Below the pieces are notes generated by a model. That model was given only the letters and a program-made list of their open reading frames with translations. It had not been told where the DNA came from and made no database searches. A stretch of 64,000 nt of DNA from Candidatus Bathyarchaeia archaeon (GTDB lineage Archaea; Thermoproteota; Bathyarchaeia; Bathyarchaeales; Bathycorpusculaceae): positions 30,660-94,659 of the forward strand of contig JBEKHN010000009.1 of the NCBI GenBank assembly GCA_050012255.1, given 5' to 3'. Of the stretch, positions 59,243-64,000 are shown piece after piece. The position numbers were made by a program, and so were the translations under genes. Numbering within the stretch: the first letter of the stretch is position 1; every line of letters starts with the position of its first letter.

Positions 59243-60407
59243 GTTCTTCGACCTGTTCTTCGTTCTCCCAGAAGAATTCCCTTGCGCGTCGGTGTAGGAC
59301 GAATATTACAAGCACCGAGGCTACGCCGATCAAGATACCGATGAGTATCGCGAAAACAACCCCGTCAGGCCCCGCACTTCCTACCAACAGGTCCGAAGCT
59401 CCGAGGAAAATCTGTCTGGACCAAGCGACCGTGAAGATCAACGCCCCGTTGCGCAGCAGTCTGGCGTCACGTTCGAGGTACCATCTGATGGCTCTGCCCA
59501 ATAGGGCTACACAGATCCCGACAATGATGAGAGAGATGGCGCCTGTGATGAAAAAACCCGCGACTCTAGGCAGGATGCTGAGGTATCCGGCAATGTCTCT
59601 TTGGAGAGTGACCTCGGGTGCGGCCGTGGTCCAACCTAAGTAGACGCCAAGGACTACGCACAAGGCTCCGGCGATTCCTGAGAAATTTGAAATCTGCACT
59701 TTAAGAGGCGGCGGGGAATACTCTCTGATCCACCTGTAGAAACTTTTAGTCATCCTGTCTATTCCGAATCCCTTGACGAGCAGGACCACGCTTAAGACAA
59801 GCACGAAGGCTATCACGTAATATTGGACAAAGCCGACAATCGAAAAGACTGCTAGGATCAGAATGAGCAAGCCAGGCAAGCCCAGTGCAATGCGTGAGTA
59901 GCGCGGATTCTCGACCACGGTTCTGAGATACTTCCAGAAGAGGGCGGCTGTCTCCTCTATCGACTCACTGTGCTTCACGACTATCCTCCTGACAGACGAT
60001 ACAGGTACCCTGGATTGAACGGCTGGCAAGACTGCTTCGTCTGAGTATCCGTCAGTCACTAGAATTACTTCGGTCGCCGAAAAAGAACCTAGCAGGTCGT
60101 TGAGTTCAGAGACAACCTTTCTGTCTGCGCTGACCCCTCCAAGGTCAGAGCCAGATAGAGTTGCTACTTCAACGACTTCATCCGGCTTGTCCTCGGCCTT
60201 CAATCGATCATATACGCGTACTGCTTCGAAGATGGCGTTTGCGTCAGGTTCCTCAGGGTCCTTCAGAGCCAAGGAGACCGCAGCATCGAGGTTTTCTTCC
60301 CTTCCGACAACGGGCGTCTTGACTCCTGCCTTGGTCCCTAGATCACCGTCTCTGTCCACGCAGAGAACAAGAATGCGTTTCTGTTCCTTTTCAGACGCCT
60401 CTTTCAT
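59229..60407 (-). CDS. DUF373 family membrane protein
   Basis: LVLCVDRDGDLG.K, DPEEPDAN, V.DG..DE, S..IEET; TM C-terminal half. Confidence 0.9.
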   Translation of the reverse strand: MKEASEKEQKRILVLCVDRDGDLGTKAGVKTPVVGREENLDAAVSLALKDPEEPDANAIFEAVRVYDRLKAEDKPDEVVEVATLSGSDLGGVSADRKVVSELNDLLGSFSATEVILVTDGYSDEAVLPAVQSRVPVSSVRRIVVKHSESIEETAALFWKYLRTVVENPRYSRIALGLPGLLILILAVFSIVGFVQYYVIAFVLVLSVVLLVKGFGIDRMTKSFYRWIREYSPPPLKVQISNFSGIAGALCVVLGVYLGWTTAAPEVTLQRDIAGYLSILPRVAGFFITGAISLIIVGICVALLGRAIRWYLERDARLLRNGALIFTVAWSRQIFLGASDLLVGSAGPDGVVFAILIGILIGVASVLVIFVLHRRAREFFWENEEQVEELAEN

Positions 60408-60627
60408 GTTTATCTCTTTCTCTCATTATATCTGTGCGTATTCACTTTAATCTTATGTTTCTGCAATTAATCTTGTGCCTTTCAGCGCGCGGGGAAGCGC
60501 AGACCCTTGCAAAAAAAGTTCATGGATTTACTTCAAATCTAAGAGGGCGCGATATTTTAGCGTTTTTCACCGCAATCAAGTACGATGCTCGGAGAGCGGA
60601 CGTGGAGTCGAGCGACGAACTCAATCC

Positions 60628-61497
60628 TTAGGGCGTCAATCCCTTTTCCGCGAGAAGTTGGAATTCTTCCCAGCTAAGTCTCTCTCCTCTTCTCAGCTTT
60701 TCCTTTGCTTTGTTCTCGAGCGTTTGGCGAAGCAGGCTCTCACTCTGCTTCCTTTCTTTCTCGTCTTGTTCTCGCGCCTCGGTTTTCAACTGTCTGATTT
60801 GGCCGGAGACGGCTGCGATCTCCTCTCGAAGGGGTTTGGTCTTTTCTCTTGTTTCTAGGAATCGTTTGTGAACGCCGTCGGCTTCCATTTTAGTTTTCCT
60901 CGACTCCTCTATTTTTGCCAGCATTTTGGCATGAATTTCCTGACTCTTCCGCGAGTGAGCGGTCAATGCTTCGTGACAGTGTTCACGTTCAGCCCTAAGA
61001 TGCTTGACCTCATTGTGCAACGCGTCGATCTTCCTGTTCAACTGTTCAACTTTTCTGTGGACGCTCAATTGCGTCTCCAGCGCTTTCACTTCCTCGACCA
61101 AGTCCTTTTCTTCCTGCAGCGTTAAGGAGCTTGTCTGGATCTTCCAGTCGATGCTTTCGACTTCTTCTTCGAGAGCCCTATGGCTCCTTGAGGGCATTTT
61201 CTTTGAGAGATCATGCCTTTCCTCGCCTAGTTTCTTCATTTCTTCAATCTCTTCGTTGATTCTGGCTGTGTTGGTGTTCCGTTGCTGTTTTAGTTCCTTC
61301 ACTCTTTCGTTTGTCTGGTCTCTCTCGCTGCGCAGCTCTTGTATTTCAGTGCGCAGATTTCTCAGGTCTTCATTTAGCCTGTTCCGCTTCTCGGCCAGTC
61401 TGTTTGCTTCAATGTCCAATGTGTCTTTTTGTTCAGTCAAACGTGCGAGTTTATGGGTTAGTTCGTCGATCATGTCCGTTTTCTGCTGTGTTGACAA
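60628..61497 (-). CDS. Archaeal long coiled-coil protein (COG1340-like)
   Basis: Heptads, WKIQT..L...EEK.LV, KL.RGE.LS..E..LL ending; likely start TTG 61497 (ORF open to 61644). Confidence 0.8.
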   Translation of the reverse strand: MSTQQKTDMIDELTHKLARLTEQKDTLDIEANRLAEKRNRLNEDLRNLRTEIQELRSERDQTNERVKELKQQRNTNTARINEEIEEMKKLGEERHDLSKKMPSRSHRALEEEVESIDWKIQTSSLTLQEEKDLVEEVKALETQLSVHRKVEQLNRKIDALHNEVKHLRAEREHCHEALTAHSRKSQEIHAKMLAKIEESRKTKMEADGVHKRFLETREKTKPLREEIAAVSGQIRQLKTEAREQDEKERKQSESLLRQTLENKAKEKLRRGERLSWEEFQLLAEKGLTP

Positions 61498-61636
61498 TGC
61501 TGTTTCCTTCTGTCTTTTCCATTTTGGAATCTGTTTAATTACTCTTACCCTGCGCCCGGGGCTACGAGGCGAAGGTTGTGTTGCAACGTCTTTTGTTGAA
61601 AAAGGGCCAGTTTGTGTTCTTTTCGCTGTTATGGGT

Positions 61637-62332
61637 TTACTCAAGTATGATTCTTGCGTCGACGGTCTTTGCTCCCTTCTCGTACACCATTATGGGGTTC
61701 AAGTCCAGTTCTTTGATTTCAGGATTGTCCATAACAAGCTTTGAAGTGTTCAGCAGGATCTTGATTATTGCCTTAAGGTCAGCCGGAGGCATGTTTCTGT
61801 AGCCTCTCAAGAGAGGATAAGCCTTCACCTCGCCTATCATTTCAGCTGCTTCGTCTTCGTTTACCGGTGCGATTCTGAAGGTTACGTCTTTCAGAACCTC
61901 CACAAAAACGCCGCCAAGTCCAAACATCAAAGCCGGTCCGAACTGCGGGTCTTTAATTGAGCCTACTATGACCTCTGTCCCGGCTGGGGCCATTTCTTGA
62001 ACCAGCATGCCCACGATCCTTGCCTTTGGATCATGTTTCTTAACATTATCCATGATGCGTCTGTAGCCACTTCGAACTTCTTGGGCGTTTTTGATGCCGA
62101 CCATGACGCCTCCAACGTCTGACTTATGGATGATGTCCGGGGAAACGATTTTTAGAACTATTGGAAAACCAATTGACGCCGCAAACTTGAGAGTTTCTGT
62201 CTCGTTCTTCGCCAACTTGAACTTCGTTACGGGGATCCCGTACTCCATACAGACAGCCTTGGCCTCGGTTTCAAGAAGAGACTTCCTTCCGCTCTTGATG
62301 ACTTGCTTGAATAGCTGAGATGCTTCGGACAT
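61637..62332 (-). CDS. acdB: Acetate--CoA ligase (ADP-forming) beta subunit
   Basis: GFP.VLKIVSPDIIHKSDVGGV, D.QFGP..MFGLGG.FVEV.KD, ELDLNP. Confidence 0.93.
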   Translation of the reverse strand: MSEASQLFKQVIKSGRKSLLETEAKAVCMEYGIPVTKFKLAKNETETLKFAASIGFPIVLKIVSPDIIHKSDVGGVMVGIKNAQEVRSGYRRIMDNVKKHDPKARIVGMLVQEMAPAGTEVIVGSIKDPQFGPALMFGLGGVFVEVLKDVTFRIAPVNEDEAAEMIGEVKAYPLLRGYRNMPPADLKAIIKILLNTSKLVMDNPEIKELDLNPIMVYEKGAKTVDARIILE

Positions 62333-62480
62333 AAGACAGCCTCGATTCGAGAAATCTAGTTTTGTGCCGACATTATTTAAGTGCTTTTCCTCTCAAAGCT
62401 TGCGAACGATTGCTGGAAGGTTTAGCGTGCGCAACCTCCAAGCTTCGTCGTTCAGATCTTGGAAAATAGCTGCGCTCTAC

Positions 62481-63719
62481 CTAGGGACTGATTGCCAATG
62501 AAGCGAATATTTTGGCATCGTTAACGAGGTTTCCTATTTTTGCGTATTCGTTCGGTTGGTGTGCCATCTCATCCACTGTGCTCCACACAACTGCTGGGAT
62601 GCCGATTCTTCTGAAGAAAGCAGCGCACGTTCCCCCTCCGATTCCTCCAACCTTCGGTTCCACTCGTCTCACACTCTTGATAGCCTCTTTCAGCATGAGA
62701 ACAATCTTTGCGTTCACATCGGTTGGCTTCGGAGCCACGCTTTTCTGAACCAATTCAACGCTGATGTTAGCTCCAGTTTTCTGTTGATACTCCAGTGCAA
62801 GTCCATTGACTTCTGACAATATTTCTTCCACGCTGTAGTGAGGTAGAATCCTGCAGTCGAAATAGTTTACGTCTTCGCCGGGAACGATGTTTACAGCATC
62901 AACATTTTTGTCCTTCTTCGTCGGCTCAAACGTGCTTTCGGGAGGGTCGAAATGCTCGTCTTTCGCCGCATACTTCTCATGTAGCATCTTGTCGAGTGCC
63001 AAGGCATATTCCATTCCAACACGGTGGGCGTTGAGGCCGTCTTCAGGTCTGCTCGCATGAGTCTGCTTGCCAACGGTGCGCACTCTAAACCAGAGAGCAC
63101 TCTTTTCAGCGATCTCCACAAAGCTTCCAACCGCGTTTCCTCCGTCTGGAACGATTATCAGATCCTCTTTTTTGAAAAGTTCCTGTTTTATGAGGTGCTG
63201 AATTCCATAGGTGCTTCCCTGCTCCTCGTCAGCCACGAAGCAGAGAGCGACTGTCCTTCTCGGTCTGATTCCCAAGTTTTTTAGAGCTTTCAATGCGAAG
63301 ATGGAGGAAACCATTGATTGCGTGTTGTCTTCGCTGCCCCTCGCGTAGATTTTTCCTTCTTTAATAATGGGTTCGAACGGTTTTGTAACAGTCCAAAGTG
63401 AATCCTCTCCAGGTGGGACTATGTCGAGGTGCGTGATTATCCAAAGAGTTTCCTTTGCCGTCTCCCCTGTGCAGCGTGCGATAATGTTGGGCCTCTTCTT
63501 TGAAGAAACCCTTTCATCTGTTGCGTCGCGACGTTCTATCTTATCAAAGCCAACATCATTAAGAATCTGAATTAGTCTTTCAGCCTTCTCCAGTTCTCCT
63601 TCTCCGCCGTTTTCGGGAGCCACTGCGGGTATGCGAACTAGTTGCATTAAAACATTAGTCATGTCGGTCTTCAATCCCTCTATTTCGGAGAAAACTTTTT
63701 GAGCCTGCATAGGAATCAC
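62481..63719 (-). CDS. M20 metallo-hydrolase (ArgE/DapE-like)
   Basis: THLDIVPPG, RGSEDN, DEE.GS, IAEK, GGGT, AHQPNE; alternative ATG at 63710. Confidence 0.9.
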   Translation of the reverse strand: MIPMQAQKVFSEIEGLKTDMTNVLMQLVRIPAVAPENGGEGELEKAERLIQILNDVGFDKIERRDATDERVSSKKRPNIIARCTGETAKETLWIITHLDIVPPGEDSLWTVTKPFEPIIKEGKIYARGSEDNTQSMVSSIFALKALKNLGIRPRRTVALCFVADEEQGSTYGIQHLIKQELFKKEDLIIVPDGGNAVGSFVEIAEKSALWFRVRTVGKQTHASRPEDGLNAHRVGMEYALALDKMLHEKYAAKDEHFDPPESTFEPTKKDKNVDAVNIVPGEDVNYFDCRILPHYSVEEILSEVNGLALEYQQKTGANISVELVQKSVAPKPTDVNAKIVLMLKEAIKSVRRVEPKVGGIGGGTCAAFFRRIGIPAVVWSTVDEMAHQPNEYAKIGNLVNDAKIFASLAISP

Positions 63720-63820
63720 GCCTGTTGAATGGAAACAGATGCTGACCTGTGACCTTTAGGCTTTTGCCTAACAACACGAAGAACAAAGAAAGAATCAAGG
63801 GAGGATGTTCAGGTTGGCTG

Positions 63821-64000
63821 TTACGCGAGCTCTTGTAAGGCTTTCAGTCGCTTGATTATATTGGGGTGAGTCGAGAAAATCTCAAGAATCCGATCGGCCG
63901 TCGTCAGCTTCCTCGACAAGATCTCTTGAACTAGTTTCTGACTGTCTGCAGCTGACATCGCGGTCAATTCAGCAGAGTCAACGTTCGCGCGGTCAGGGTC
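63821..64000 (-). CDS. htpX: HtpX-like zinc metalloprotease, C-terminal part (runs off window end)
   Basis: Own translation ..DPDRA..LEIFSTHPNIIKRLKALQELA*; STHP...R.L is the M48 C-terminal motif. Confidence 0.8.
   Translation of the reverse strand, partial: DPDRANVDSAELTAMSAADSQKLVQEILSRKLTTADRILEIFSTHPNIIKRLKALQELA

Overview
Chromosomal window from an archaeon, most likely Bathyarchaeia (TACK). That call is an inference from the single-OB SSB, Fae, DUF2099, a dockerin-tailed surface protein, small wHTH regulators and the integrase tail. It holds about 55 CDS, mostly housekeeping: trmI, mobA, rio1/KH, aIF-2beta, gcvPA/PB, ssb, malic enzyme, pyrG, an acetoin/pyruvate-dehydrogenase-like cluster, ychF, uppS, mtnP, acdB and htpX. 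There is one tRNA-His(GTG) preceded by a decayed tyrosine integrase, and a gene-poor accessory stretch at about 14.6-21.7 kb. Most notable observations: (1) a DapA-family aldolase lacking the DHDPS substrate Arg, fused to formaldehyde-activating enzyme, a candidate new C1 link between pyruvate and formaldehyde; (2) a protein resembling the eukaryotic PNGase core; (3) a ParB-HTH-ASCH fusion and a separate wHTH+ParA/MinD pair; (4) an 18-bp intergenic motif present four times; (5) a duplicated tRNA-His upstream region plus 5' fragment; (6) a LonB-architecture protease with a LonA-type active site. All product calls come from motif recognition, not database searches.
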